Below, in pieces: positions 41,011-51,786 of a stretch of DNA of 64,000 nt. The notes under the pieces are model-generated. The model made no database searches. It had not been told where the DNA came from and was given only the letters and a program-made list of their open reading frames with translations. Both the position numbers and the translations under genes were made by a program. The stretch is from Patescibacteria group bacterium (GTDB lineage: Bacteria > Patescibacteriota > Patescibacteriia > UBA1558 > S5-K13): the NCBI GenBank assembly GCA_028692545.1, contig JAQUXC010000001.1, positions 1,365 through 65,364 of the forward strand, read 5' to 3'. How positions within the stretch are numbered: the stretch's first letter is position 1; every line of letters begins with the position of its first letter.

Positions 41011-43707
41011 TTATTCTGTCAAATCTAAGTATAACTTTATTTTTTGTTCTCTAAAGTTTTCATCTTGATCATAAACTATTACAGACAATATATGTTCCCC
41101 ATTTTCAATTAAATCATTAAAATCGTAATTATAATTATATGGGTAGTTGTTATTTGATCCTATAAACTTATCATCTATTTTGTAAACTACTCTATTTATT
41201 TCATTTCCATTTTTTGCATTTACATTTACTTCTATATTTATATTATTTTCAGAAATTGTACTATTGTTTTGTGGACTTGTAATATTTAGATTAGGTTTAT
41301 TTTCCTCTGTATGAGTAGTCTCATATTCTGTGGGAGGATCACTTGTTTCTATATTATTTTCCTTTGCCCATTTAACTACCGCTTCTTCCCATGAAAAATA
41401 ATTTGGATCAACACTAGGATCTTCTGGAATACTACCGAGTGGATCTTCTCTATTTATATAATGTAAAATATTGTGAATTTTATTGAATGTTTTTTCTATT
41501 ATGGATCCAGGTGGGGTATTCTCTGTAGCGAGTAATCCAGAAGAACTATCTATCCTTACTTTTGTTTCTTGCATCATAGCACCACCAAGCATTGGTTTTG
41601 ATATTTCTTTTCTATCATAGCCAGCAAACCCTGTTTTTGGAATGTCTTTTAGAGCCTCTCTCATAAATGCATTCCAAATAGGAGCAGCTACAACACTACC
41701 ATCGGCACCACTAGTCATTTTTTTGTTGTCATTGTTTCCTACCCAAACAGCTGTGGCAATATTTGGAGTATAACCTATTGTCCAAGCGTCATTGAAATCA
41801 TTTGTAGTTCCTGTTTTTGCTGCAACAGGAATATCGCCAAGAGTTAGATAATTATTTTCTCCAAATATAAAACTTCTGGCGCTATTGTCGGATAGAGCAC
41901 TTGTGGTTTTTCTTGTTGCTTCTTCATCCATTACTTTTTTACCTTTTGAATCTTTTGCTTCATAGAGGACTTTTCCATTTGAATCTTCTACTTTTAGAAT
42001 TGATCTTGTTGGTTTTTCTACGCCATTTCTTGCAAGAGTCGCAAATCCATTTAAATGTTCCATCATTTTTACTTCAAGTCCACCAAGAACAAGAGATAGT
42101 CCATATCTGTCTTCACTTCCTATCGTTGTATATCCAATATTTTTTAAATAATTTAATGCATTTGGAATTCCTACGAGGTATAAAACTTTTACAGCTGGAA
42201 TATTTAGTGATCCAGAAAGTGCATTTCTAAGGGCTATTGGTCCATGATTTTTTAGATCATAATTTTTTGGCTCATAGTTTCCTGAGTCAGTTTTGAATAT
42301 AGTGGGAACATCAAACACAATGGTTTCTGGTTGATATCCTTTTTCAAAAGCTAGTGTATATATAAGAGGTTTTATAGAACTTCCTGGTTGTCTTTTTGAT
42401 AAGGTAATATTCACTTGTCCATCAATATCATCATTCCAGAAATCACGTGAACCAACCATGGATATTATATCTCCACTCTTTACGTCTATTGAAAGAAGTG
42501 CAGCATTGTTTGCATTGTATTTAGATGGATAATTTTCTGTTTTTTCTTTTATTAAATTTTCTGCAAATTCTTGTTTTTTGTAATCAAGTGTTGTGATAAC
42601 TTTTAGCCCACCTTGTTCTACTAATTTTTCTCCCAAAATTTCTACGAGTTCATCTTTTACATAAAAAACAAAGTGAGGTGCTTTTATATTATTTTCTTTT
42701 TGTTTGAAAACTAATTTTTCAGCTATTGCATTGTCATGTTCTTCTTGAGTAATATATTTTTGTTTGAGCATTAGTCCTAAAATATATTGTTGTCTTCCAA
42801 TAAGTTCTTCCCTATTTGGACCATAAGGAGAATAATATGAAGGAGCCTGAGGCATTGCTGCAAGAGTGGCTGCTTCTGCTATTGTTAGGTCTTTTGCGTG
42901 TTTGTCAAAATAGTAGTTTGAAGCAGACTCTATTCCATATAACACTGATCCATAAGGAATTTCATTGAAATACATTTTGAGTATTTCTTCTTTGGAGTAT
43001 TTTCTTTCTATTCTATATGATAAAATCCATTCTTTTATTTTTCTCTCTATACTTCTTTCATCTGTAAGAATTGCATTTTTTACAAATTGTTGAGTAAGTG
43101 TAGAACCACCTTGCGCTCTTTGACCCTTTAATCGTGGTACTATCTGACCTCGTAATATTCCCCAAATAGAAATTCCTTTGTGATTATAAAAATTTTTATC
43201 TTCTATTGATATAGTTGCATTTACTACATAAGGGGGCAAATCTTTTATTTCTATTAGAGTACGTTGCACATTACCATGAACATCATAGAGCATTGTTTCT
43301 CCAGTTTTATCATAAATTTTTGTACTCTGTACGATAGATCTATCTATAATCTTGTTTGGATCTGGTAAGTCACGGGAGTACCATGCAAATAATATAAGTG
43401 TAAATATTAATAATAATATAAAAGCTATAATTGCTTTTGGTATCATTTTAATAATAAACTTTTTGAATTGCTTTTTGTTTTTTTTCAGACTTTTCAATGT
43501 ATATTTTGTAGAGATATTTTTTATAGGTCTATTTTTTAATTCTACATTTAATTTTTTTGAAAAGATTTTTGGCGTTTTGAATATATTTTTTCTTTTTTGC
43601 AATTTTTGAATTCTTGGATTTACTGAATAACTAACATTAGAACTACCTACACGTTTGTTTGTCCAGCTTGATTTATTCCCTAGGTTTTTAAAATGATCTA
43701 TTGGCAT
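41011..43707 (-). CDS. Penicillin-binding protein 1A (bifunctional glycosyltransferase/transpeptidase)
   Basis: GT51 motifs (EDKNFYNH, RAQGGSTLTQQ), transpeptidase SxxK (GSSIK), KTGT; start uncertain (43707 or internal 43446). Confidence 0.85.
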   Translation of the reverse strand: MPIDHFKNLGNKSSWTNKRVGSSNVSYSVNPRIQKLQKRKNIFKTPKIFSKKLNVELKNRPIKNISTKYTLKSLKKNKKQFKKFIIKMIPKAIIAFILLLIFTLILFAWYSRDLPDPNKIIDRSIVQSTKIYDKTGETMLYDVHGNVQRTLIEIKDLPPYVVNATISIEDKNFYNHKGISIWGILRGQIVPRLKGQRAQGGSTLTQQFVKNAILTDERSIERKIKEWILSYRIERKYSKEEILKMYFNEIPYGSVLYGIESASNYYFDKHAKDLTIAEAATLAAMPQAPSYYSPYGPNREELIGRQQYILGLMLKQKYITQEEHDNAIAEKLVFKQKENNIKAPHFVFYVKDELVEILGEKLVEQGGLKVITTLDYKKQEFAENLIKEKTENYPSKYNANNAALLSIDVKSGDIISMVGSRDFWNDDIDGQVNITLSKRQPGSSIKPLIYTLAFEKGYQPETIVFDVPTIFKTDSGNYEPKNYDLKNHGPIALRNALSGSLNIPAVKVLYLVGIPNALNYLKNIGYTTIGSEDRYGLSLVLGGLEVKMMEHLNGFATLARNGVEKPTRSILKVEDSNGKVLYEAKDSKGKKVMDEEATRKTTSALSDNSARSFIFGENNYLTLGDIPVAAKTGTTNDFNDAWTIGYTPNIATAVWVGNNDNKKMTSGADGSVVAAPIWNAFMREALKDIPKTGFAGYDRKEISKPMLGGAMMQETKVRIDSSSGLLATENTPPGSIIEKTFNKIHNILHYINREDPLGSIPEDPSVDPNYFSWEEAVVKWAKENNIETSDPPTEYETTHTEENKPNLNITSPQNNSTISENNINIEVNVNAKNGNEINRVVYKIDDKFIGSNNNYPYNYNYDFNDLIENGEHILSVIVYDQDENFREQKIKLYLDLTE

Positions 43708-43800
43708 ATGAAAAGTTTTTTTAGAGTCACCTCGACCGATCCCGCATTGCGGGACTTCGGTCGAAATGACTTCCGATATCGGTCGAGACGACAACAAAAG
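43708..43800 (-). promoter_or_regulatory. GC-rich nested hairpin leader upstream of PBP1A
   Basis: TCGACCGA[TCCCGCATTGCGGGACT]TCGGTCGA nested hairpins plus CCGATATCGG hairpin. Confidence 0.4.
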
Positions 43801-44017
43801 ATGATGTCTTACAATTTTCCAAAATAATTTTTAATTAAATAACCTTATCACTTATTATGTATTATAGCAATATTATATTATAAAATAAAACTATTGTTTT
43901 ATTGGGGTTTTCGTATTAATATTTATATATTAAGAAGTATAAAGTTAAAAGTTGGAAGTTATAAATTTTATGTTTTATTTATAACTTTATAACTCAGTAC
44001 TTTCTAACTAAATTTTT

Positions 44018-45214
44018 ATGGATAAAATTAATAATGACAAATTTAATGAACTTCTAACTCGTGGAGTGCAAGATATTGTAGGACGTGAGGATTTGGAGAA
44101 AAAATTAAAATCAAATGAAAAAATGAAAATTTATATTGGGGCTGATCCAAACAGGCCAGATATTCATATTGGTCACGCCGTGGCAATTAGAAAACTTCGA
44201 AAATTTCAAGAGTTAGGACATAAAATAATTTTTCTTATTGGTGATTTTACAGCACAGATTGGAGATCCAACTGGCAAAGATGAGGCACGTCAACAATTAT
44301 CCCCGGCTGAAGTAAAGAAAAATGCAAAAACTTATAGAAATCAAATCTCAAAGATATTAGACTTCAAAGGAAAAAACAAGGCTGAGATAAAATATAATTC
44401 AGATTGGAATAAAAAATTAAAATTTCAAGGCTTGATAGAGCTTGCCTCAAACTTTACAGTACAACAATTTTTAGAGCGTGATATGTATCAAAAAAGAATA
44501 AAAGAAGGTAAGCCAATTTCACTTCACGAATTTTTTTATCCACTTATGCAAGCATATGATAGTGTATTTATGGACGTTGACATGGAAGTTGGTGGAAATG
44601 ATCAATTATTCAATATGCTTTGTGGCAGAACTTTGATGCAAAAGTTGAAAAACAAGAATAAAATTGTAATGACCTTCCAAATGCTTGAAGGAACTGATGG
44701 AAGAAAAATGTCAAAGTCATATGACAATTATGTTGGAGTAAATGATTTGCCAAATGATATGTTTGGAAAAGTTATGTCTATCACAGATGATTTGATTATA
44801 AAATATTTTATGCTTTGCACAGATTTGAAAATGAGTGAAATCAAAGAGCTAGAAAACAAAATGAAAAGTGGTGAAAATCCAAGAAACTTGAAATCAAGAT
44901 TGGCATATGAAATTGTGAGTATTTATCATGGAGAACAATATGCAAAATTAGCGCAATGTGAATTTGATAATGTTTTTAAAAACAAAGAAAAACCGGCTGA
45001 TATAAAAAAGGTTTCTCTAGGTGATGATAAGGATATTATCAATTTACTTTATGAATTTGAATTGGTAACATCAAAAACAGAAGCAAGGAAAATGATTGAG
45101 CAAAATGCTGTGAAAGTAAATGATGAAAAAATTACTGATATGAATTTTGTCTTCAAAAAAGGCGAAAAATATTTGATTCAAGTTGGAAAGAGAAGATTTT
45201 TGGAAATAGAATAA
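44018..45214 (+). CDS. tyrS: Tyrosyl-tRNA synthetase
   Basis: HIGH motif (DIHIGHAV), IGDPTGK, KMSKS (RKMSKS), C-terminal S4-like domain. Confidence 0.9.
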   Translation: MDKINNDKFNELLTRGVQDIVGREDLEKKLKSNEKMKIYIGADPNRPDIHIGHAVAIRKLRKFQELGHKIIFLIGDFTAQIGDPTGKDEARQQLSPAEVKKNAKTYRNQISKILDFKGKNKAEIKYNSDWNKKLKFQGLIELASNFTVQQFLERDMYQKRIKEGKPISLHEFFYPLMQAYDSVFMDVDMEVGGNDQLFNMLCGRTLMQKLKNKNKIVMTFQMLEGTDGRKMSKSYDNYVGVNDLPNDMFGKVMSITDDLIIKYFMLCTDLKMSEIKELENKMKSGENPRNLKSRLAYEIVSIYHGEQYAKLAQCEFDNVFKNKEKPADIKKVSLGDDKDIINLLYEFELVTSKTEARKMIEQNAVKVNDEKITDMNFVFKKGEKYLIQVGKRRFLEIE

Positions 45215-45247
45215 CCCTGTTTTGCTGGATTGTGTATTTATAAAAAG

Positions 45248-45281
45248 ATAAACGTCGGATGTTTAGTCCGACGCTTTTTTG
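45248..45281 (+). terminator. Intrinsic terminator
   Basis: CGTCGGATGTTTAGTCCGACG hairpin + T6. Confidence 0.7.
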
Positions 45282-45298
45282 ATAGTTTATAAAAGTGG

Positions 45299-45709
45299 TT
45301 ATATTGACCACCTCCTTATTTCTTTTATGATCTTATTCACATGGTTTTTGGTTTGTTCCACTGTGTGCATACTGGTGTTGTGTGTAATAGTCTCATAGAA
45401 ATCAAAGGATCCTTTTTTCCTCGAGAATAACACCATATTTGGATACAGGTTTTTGTCCCTGCACAGTTGAAAGACTTCGTAAGCACTTTGGAACAAATTT
45501 TTGTCCATTTTGAGTGATTTACCGTCGCGACTGTCCATATCAATCAAAAGCAGATTAGCCTTGTTTTCGGAGAACATAGTTCTTATATTCTCCCCATCAT
45601 GTGCTTGGGTTATGGAGTCCAAAATTTGAACTTCAAAACCTTTCTCTACAAGAGCCTTGAGAACTGGTGTTAGGAATTTTTCATTCCTTGAATATAATAG
45701 GACTTTCAT
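45299..45709 (-). CDS. Stand-alone receiver-like (CheY-like) domain protein
   Basis: LLLIDMD acidic pocket pattern; SD GGGAGG; weak. Confidence 0.45.
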   Translation of the reverse strand: MKVLLYSRNEKFLTPVLKALVEKGFEVQILDSITQAHDGENIRTMFSENKANLLLIDMDSRDGKSLKMDKNLFQSAYEVFQLCRDKNLYPNMVLFSRKKGSFDFYETITHNTSMHTVEQTKNHVNKIIKEIRRWSI

Positions 45710-45721
45710 CTTTACCTCCCG

Positions 45722-46183
45722 TCACACATAAAGTAGTGACTCTAATTTTTCTTTTATTTGATGTCTGTTGTGTAGCATTGAACTTGTCTTTTCCAAGACA
45801 ATAATATCTGTTGAAAAATCAACTCCATGCAAGAATTCATCTTTCATTTCTTGAATTTTTGTTTCGGTGCATCCGGAATATATTATGAACGCTCCTGGAT
45901 AGAAGATTGATTTGAGTTTTTTTAAAAGTACAAACCCATTTGTTTCTGTCATCTCAAGGTCGCTTATGATAGCGACAATTTTTTGATTGGATTCCACGGC
46001 CTTTAAAAGCTCTTTGTAGTCATCGTGGAATACAAGAATTGATGTATTGGGTATATCAATTTTTTGCAGAGCATATTTTAATAGCTCTAGATCACCCAAG
46101 TTATCATCTATTATCGCGATACATAATCCTCCTTGTTGCAATTGATGCAACAAGTTTTTAGATTTTTTTACGTAGTGCGTCAT
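45722..46183 (-). CDS. Stand-alone response-regulator receiver domain protein
   Basis: IAIIDDN, ISDLEMTETNG, conserved K; SD GGGAGG. Confidence 0.6.
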   Translation of the reverse strand: MTHYVKKSKNLLHQLQQGGLCIAIIDDNLGDLELLKYALQKIDIPNTSILVFHDDYKELLKAVESNQKIVAIISDLEMTETNGFVLLKKLKSIFYPGAFIIYSGCTETKIQEMKDEFLHGVDFSTDIIVLEKTSSMLHNRHQIKEKLESLLYV

Positions 46184-46383
46184 TTATCCTCCCGTCTAAA
46201 TTGACAATTTCTATCTGTAGAATACAACTTTTTTTGAAAAAGTCAATTCCATAATCATTGCATAATAGGTTAATAGTATAATTGTTTAATAGGATAATAT
46301 AGAAGTTTGTTTTTATTTTCCCTGTTTTATTGTATAATTTATAGGTGAAGATTAAATAAAAATAAAAATTATTTTAAAATTAT

Positions 46384-46827
46384 ATGTTTAGTAAAAAAAA
46401 TAAGAATAAAAAAACAATACCAGTTCAAAGTGAAAAAAAAGAAGAATCAATCTCTAAATTTGAAGATACAAAAAATTGGATAGAAGAAGAGGAAGAAGAG
46501 GGGGAATTATTGGTAGACGTTTTTCAACAAAATGATAATATATTAATTCGTTCTACTGTGGCTGGAGTAAAGCCAGAAGATATTGATATAGATATCAATA
46601 ATGATATGATAACAATCAGAGGGAAAAGAAAAGAATGTTCTGGGATAGATGAAGATGATTATTTTTATAGAGAATGTTATTGGGGTAGTTTTTCTAGATC
46701 CGTAATATTGCCTTGCGAAGTACAGGCTAGTAAAGTAAAGGCAAATTTGAAAGATGGGGTGTTGACCGTTACGTTACCAAAAGTCAAAAAAGAAAAATCT
46801 GTAAAAGTCTCGATAGATGTTAAATAG
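46384..46827 (+). CDS. Hsp20/alpha-crystallin family small heat-shock protein
   Basis: alpha-crystallin domain pattern ...ITIRGKRK...SFSRSVILP...KDGVLTVTLPK. Confidence 0.8.
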   Translation: MFSKKNKNKKTIPVQSEKKEESISKFEDTKNWIEEEEEEGELLVDVFQQNDNILIRSTVAGVKPEDIDIDINNDMITIRGKRKECSGIDEDDYFYRECYWGSFSRSVILPCEVQASKVKANLKDGVLTVTLPKVKKEKSVKVSIDVK

Positions 46828-46891
46828 TAATTATTATTTTTTGTAAATTGGATTCCCTCATTTTTTATGGGGGTTTTTATTTAAGAAATTT

Positions 46892-48820
46892 ATGTTTTTT
46901 TTCAAAAAAAAAGATAAGCAAGAAAATCTAGAAAACGAAAAAGGGGTTCAAGAAAAAAAGAAACCATTTTTTGTTATTTTAGCTAGAGTTTTTGTGATAG
47001 TTTTTATAGTACTGATTGTAATAGCTCTTTTCTTATTGTCATATAATTCTTTTTTTTCACACAAGGTATTTCCAGGTGTTTATTTGAATGATATTAGTAT
47101 GGGAGGAAAAAGTTATTCAGATGTGTATAATTTTCTTGATGAAAATAGTAACAAATTTATAAATGATGGAATTGAATATAAATTTAATGAAAAATCTATA
47201 ATAATAAAACCAATTGTAAGCATTGGAAGCGATGGTGCGACAAGAGAGCTTGTAAGTTTTTACAATGATGAGACAGCGAAAGAAATTTTTTCTATAGGTA
47301 GAAGGTCAAACTTTTTTTTAAATATGTTTGAGCAGTTGAAGGTGTTACTTATACAGCCAAAGAATATAGAATGGAAATATGATTTTAGTGATGAGACTTG
47401 GAAAGATATATTGAAAGAAAGTTTTTCTGAATTTGAAAAACCATTTACTCCACCACATACAGAATTTGAAAATGGTGAAATGATAATAAAAGATTCAATA
47501 GATGGAGAAGAATTTAATTATGATTTACTTGTAAAATTTACAAAACAAAAAATAAACAAATTTGATTTTAGTAAAGTTATACTTGTTTTAAATTCTATAA
47601 AATCTCCTGTTACTATTGATATGGCAAAAGAAAAAATAGAAAATGCAAAAAATATTATAGATTTAAAAGAATTAATATTTCATTACAAAGAAGATGATTG
47701 GAAAATAAATTCTGATATATATACAAATTGGATAGTTTTTATAATAGATGATGCAAATAATACAAAAGTGAGTTTTGATTTTGATAAATTCAAAGAATAT
47801 TTTGAAAAACATATATCTATATCTATAAATCAAGAAAGTAAAGACGCGAAGTTTGAAATTATTGGAGGTAAGGTAAGTAAATTTCAAGGTAGCCAAGATG
47901 GATATGAACTGAATTTGGAAGAAAGTTTCAAGATAACAGAAGAAAAAATAAATAATTTAGAAAATAATATAGATTTGGTTGTAGATGTGAAACAATCAGA
48001 TGTTGAAACAAAAAATGTAAATGATTTTGGCATAAAAGAAATAATAGGCAGTGGAGAATCAGATTTTAAAGGTAGTCCAAAAAACAGAATTCACAATATA
48101 AAAACTGGAGCAGCAAAATTAAATGGAATGCTTATTGCGCCCGGCGAAGAATTTTCTACAATAGGAAATTTGTTGCCAATTGATGCAGCAGGCGGATATC
48201 TTACAGAACTTGTAATAAAAGACAACAGAACTATTCCAGAGTATGGTGGAGGACTTTGTCAAATAGGAACTACTGTTTATAGAGCAGCTATTGATAGTGG
48301 ATTAAAGATTACAGAGAGGCGCCCACATTCTTATCGTGTTGTTTATTATGAGCCAGCAGGAACTGATGCGACAATCTATGATCCATGGCCAGATTTGAAA
48401 TTTGTAAATGATACAGAACATTATATTTTGATTCAATCAAATATAGTTGGTACAAAATTATATTTTGATTTTTGGGGAACAAAAGATGGAAGAAAAGTTA
48501 CTATTTCAAAACCAGTTATTTATAACATTGTAAAACCTGCTCCTACAAAAGAGGTGCAAACTGATACTTTGGCGCCAGGAGTAAGAAAATGTACAGAATC
48601 AGCTCATGCTGGAGCAGATGCTTATTTTGATTACAGGGTAGAATATGCAGATGATAGAGAAGTTTATGAAGAAAGAGTTAGATCTCATTATGTTCCATGG
48701 CAAGCAGTTTGTCTTGTTGGTGTAGAAAAAAAAGTTGAAGAAGAAATTCCAACAGAAACAACAACTGGGGATATGGGAGATACTAATACAGAGAATACTG
48801 CTACATCCTCTCAAGAATAA
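46892..48820 (+). CDS. VanW-family protein with N-terminal TM anchor
   Basis: YGGGLCQIGTTVYRAAIDSGLKITERRPHSYRV...GTDATIY..DLKFVNDT VanW signature. Confidence 0.75.
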   Translation: MFFFKKKDKQENLENEKGVQEKKKPFFVILARVFVIVFIVLIVIALFLLSYNSFFSHKVFPGVYLNDISMGGKSYSDVYNFLDENSNKFINDGIEYKFNEKSIIIKPIVSIGSDGATRELVSFYNDETAKEIFSIGRRSNFFLNMFEQLKVLLIQPKNIEWKYDFSDETWKDILKESFSEFEKPFTPPHTEFENGEMIIKDSIDGEEFNYDLLVKFTKQKINKFDFSKVILVLNSIKSPVTIDMAKEKIENAKNIIDLKELIFHYKEDDWKINSDIYTNWIVFIIDDANNTKVSFDFDKFKEYFEKHISISINQESKDAKFEIIGGKVSKFQGSQDGYELNLEESFKITEEKINNLENNIDLVVDVKQSDVETKNVNDFGIKEIIGSGESDFKGSPKNRIHNIKTGAAKLNGMLIAPGEEFSTIGNLLPIDAAGGYLTELVIKDNRTIPEYGGGLCQIGTTVYRAAIDSGLKITERRPHSYRVVYYEPAGTDATIYDPWPDLKFVNDTEHYILIQSNIVGTKLYFDFWGTKDGRKVTISKPVIYNIVKPAPTKEVQTDTLAPGVRKCTESAHAGADAYFDYRVEYADDREVYEERVRSHYVPWQAVCLVGVEKKVEEEIPTETTTGDMGDTNTENTATSSQE

Positions 48821-48930
48821 ATTTGGTTTCGTTAAACGGTTTTGATGTCCATAACGTTAGACGTAAAACGTAATATTTCGTCCTGCTAAGCGAGACAGGT
48901 TGCCACCTAAACCGTATATCGTATAATGAT

Positions 48931-49425
48931 TTACAAAACTATAAGTTTTGTAATTTTTGTTTTAGTGTCTAGTATTGCAAAAGTACTTTTATTGAATAAT
49001 CCAGCGAGAGTTCCTGGATTTAGAACTTTGCAATTATTTATTTTTTCTTCCCATGGTTTATGAGTATGACCATAAAAGACAAAATTATATTTGTCAGTTT
49101 TTGCTAATTCTTTTGCAGACTCAGGAAAATGAGTAAAGGCAATTTTTATGTTATCTATTTCAATCTCACCAAATTCTTCAAAAAGTTTTATATTTTTTGT
49201 ATCTTTAGATGTCATTTTTTTCATCATTTCATGATCTCCGTCTACATTTCCAAGTGATAAATAAATATCTCCTTCAAATTTTTGTGCTAAATATTTCATC
49301 ACGCCAGGAGCACAAACATCTCCACAGTGAATTATTATTTTTATATTTTCCTTTGTTAATATTCCAAGCATTTGATCAATTCTTGGAATATTGTCATGGG
49401 AGTCAGACATTATTGCTATTTTCAT
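48931..49425 (-). CDS. YfcE/MJ0936-family metallophosphoesterase
   Basis: MKIAIMSDSHDN...HCGDV...GNVDGD...FTHFP...GHTH motifs. Confidence 0.8.
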   Translation of the reverse strand: MKIAIMSDSHDNIPRIDQMLGILTKENIKIIIHCGDVCAPGVMKYLAQKFEGDIYLSLGNVDGDHEMMKKMTSKDTKNIKLFEEFGEIEIDNIKIAFTHFPESAKELAKTDKYNFVFYGHTHKPWEEKINNCKVLNPGTLAGLFNKSTFAILDTKTKITKLIVL

Positions 49426-49466
49426 AAATTTAGATGATTAGTAAGTTAGGATAGTTATGGTTCATT

Positions 49467-50282
49467 TTATATTATTTTTTTATGATGAAAATATATTTTG
49501 TGCTTTATTTTGTTTTCCATACAATATAATTTTATATCCTTTTCTAAATTAATAAAATAATCATTTTTTGTAAAATAAATTTCTTTGTATTTTGAAACAA
49601 GGCTAGGAAATTTGTTTTCTAAAACTTTGAAAATATTGTTTTGAATTGATGGGTATAAATTTAGATTTTCAAACCAATATTCATCAACAAAATTTTTTGT
49701 AATATTTATTATTTCTTTCCAATTTGTAATTTCGGGAAGTATTGGAGAAACAAACAAAATTGTTTTTATATTATTTTTATGTGATTTTTCAAGTGTATTG
49801 ATTCTATTTTCTATTTTTGGTGAATTCTTTTCAAAAAATTTCTTGATATTTTCATCAGATGAACACATCGAAATTACTACTTCAATATTTTTGAATTGTT
49901 TTAATAATTCTAAATCTCTCAAAATAAGATCTGATTTTGTAAGAATATTAAAATGAGCATTTACATCTTTGATATTTTCTAATATTTTTTTTGTAATTTC
50001 AAATTCTTTTTCTGCTTCTTGGTATGGATCTGTTACAGAACCGATTACTATTATTTTATTGCATATCTTTTTTATTTCTTTTTTGATAATTTCTGGTGCA
50101 TTTATTTTGACATCAACGAATTCTCCCCACTCTTCACTGTGATTTGTAAATTTTTTCATAAAACGAGCGTAACAATAAATACATCCGTGTCCGCATCCAG
50201 TATATGGATTTATAACAAAATCAGCGCCTGGAAGTCCTGACTTTGTAATTATTGATTTCGCAGTAATCTGTTTTATGAGCAT
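49467..50282 (-). CDS. Radical SAM protein, spore-photoproduct-lyase-like (SplB family DNA repair)
   Basis: NPYTGCGHGCIYCYAR CxxxCxxC cluster characteristic of SPL-type radical SAM enzymes. Confidence 0.6.
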   Translation of the reverse strand: MLIKQITAKSIITKSGLPGADFVINPYTGCGHGCIYCYARFMKKFTNHSEEWGEFVDVKINAPEIIKKEIKKICNKIIVIGSVTDPYQEAEKEFEITKKILENIKDVNAHFNILTKSDLILRDLELLKQFKNIEVVISMCSSDENIKKFFEKNSPKIENRINTLEKSHKNNIKTILFVSPILPEITNWKEIINITKNFVDEYWFENLNLYPSIQNNIFKVLENKFPSLVSKYKEIYFTKNDYFINLEKDIKLYCMENKIKHKIYFHHKKII

Positions 50283-50891
50283 TTATTTAATAATTCTATA
50301 ATTTTCATCTTCTATAAATACAGCTTCTTCATCATTAATTTCTATTATATGATAGTCAACTGTTTTTTTAAATTTTTGTAATTCTTTTTTCATATTTGGT
50401 TTGAAATGTGGAAGTATTGAAATATTTGTAAGGTTTAATCCTGTTAAGTTTTTTAATTTTATGATATTTTCATCTGATTCAGATCCCCAACCAGCAAGCT
50501 TTATGTTATATCCAGCAATAATACTTCCAGCACTTACTCCAAAATATAGTGAGTTATTTTTTATTACAGATCTTTTTACAAAATCAAATATGTCAGTTTT
50601 TTTCATTCTATCTAATATACAAAATGTGTTTCCACCACAAACCCAGATAATATCAAAATGTTTTTTGTTATCAGTAAATTTATCATTGTGCATATCAAAA
50701 GGAGTCACATTTGTAATTCCAATACTTTTTATTTTTTCTTTTGTATACTCTATATAAGCTTCTGGCTCTATATCTAATTTATAAAAAATCAAAAGCAAAG
50801 AACAATCTTTTGCCTTTTTTGGTAATTTTGAGATAAAAAACTTTTTTAAATTTTGAGTTGAAAGTCCGTCCGAACTGAGAAATAATTTCAT
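50283..50891 (-). CDS. Peptidase S51 (dipeptidase E-like)
   Basis: VCGGNTF, GVSAGSII, H in LPHF: Ser-His-Glu triad context of PepE family. Confidence 0.7.
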   Translation of the reverse strand: MKLFLSSDGLSTQNLKKFFISKLPKKAKDCSLLLIFYKLDIEPEAYIEYTKEKIKSIGITNVTPFDMHNDKFTDNKKHFDIIWVCGGNTFCILDRMKKTDIFDFVKRSVIKNNSLYFGVSAGSIIAGYNIKLAGWGSESDENIIKLKNLTGLNLTNISILPHFKPNMKKELQKFKKTVDYHIIEINDEEAVFIEDENYRIIK

Positions 50892-50895
50892 AAAA

Positions 50896-51219
50896 TTATT
50901 TTATAATTCCATTTACAATAGATAGTGTCAAACTTAGAAGCAATGCATACCAAAAACTTATTACAGTAAAACCTGGTACAAAATGTGAGGCAAGAAGTAT
51001 CATTACTGCACTTATTACAAATGTAAAAAGGCCAAGAGTGAGAATTGTAAGTGGTAATGTCAAAAATATTAATATTGGTTTTAATACTGCATTCAAAAGT
51101 CCTATTACAAGTGCTGTAATAAGTGCCGTTGCAAAATCAGTGATTTTTATTCCAGATAATATTTTTGGTGATACAAATATTATAAGTGCATTTATTAGCC
51201 AAACCGCAAGCATTTTCAT
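50896..51219 (-). CDS. DUF360/YvlD-like membrane protein (phage-holin-4-like family)
   Basis: 3-4 TM helices, WLINALIIF...ALVIGLLNAVLKPIL pattern. Confidence 0.5.
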   Translation of the reverse strand: MKMLAVWLINALIIFVSPKILSGIKITDFATALITALVIGLLNAVLKPILIFLTLPLTILTLGLFTFVISAVMILLASHFVPGFTVISFWYALLLSLTLSIVNGIIK

Positions 51220-51352
51220 AATTTTTTGTATTTAATTGTTATATATTGTATTATATAATTTTATAACACTTATAGGAAATCAATATTTGATTTTATTGTT
51301 TTGTGAAACAGGTATTGTTTTCTAAAAAAAGATATATTACGGGAGGAATAAA

Positions 51353-51712
51353 ATGAAACAGAGAATAATCTTTGTTAGCGATGACTTGGATGAGCATGAG
51401 AAAAACCTGTTATCTATTATAGGAAAGTATTTTGAGTCCTTTGAAAAAAAGGGGTTGATGGATAACAGAGAATTTGTCTTTGTAGGCGGAACAAATATAG
51501 AAATAGGGGTAGGGGATGAGGATATTGTTATTTTTTTTGTGACAAAAAAGAATGTTGCAAATGAAGACTATGTATCCTTATTATCACTTCCTTTTAAGAA
51601 AAAGTTCTTTGTCTCTACAATTTCAGCTCATTCTTTTCGTGCAATTGGGGTAACGGAAGACAATTTCATTCCAATTATTCCAAAAGATGGTTTCTTGAAA
51701 ATTTTTTCCTAG
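51353..51712 (+). CDS. Hypothetical protein (119 aa)
   Basis: SD GGGAGG 7 nt upstream. Confidence 0.45.
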   Translation: MKQRIIFVSDDLDEHEKNLLSIIGKYFESFEKKGLMDNREFVFVGGTNIEIGVGDEDIVIFFVTKKNVANEDYVSLLSLPFKKKFFVSTISAHSFRAIGVTEDNFIPIIPKDGFLKIFS

Positions 51713-51786
51713 TTTTTTATTAGGAGAATAATTAGGGAGGGGTTTTACCTCTCTCTTTTTTATTTTTCTAAAAAAATGTTATATTT

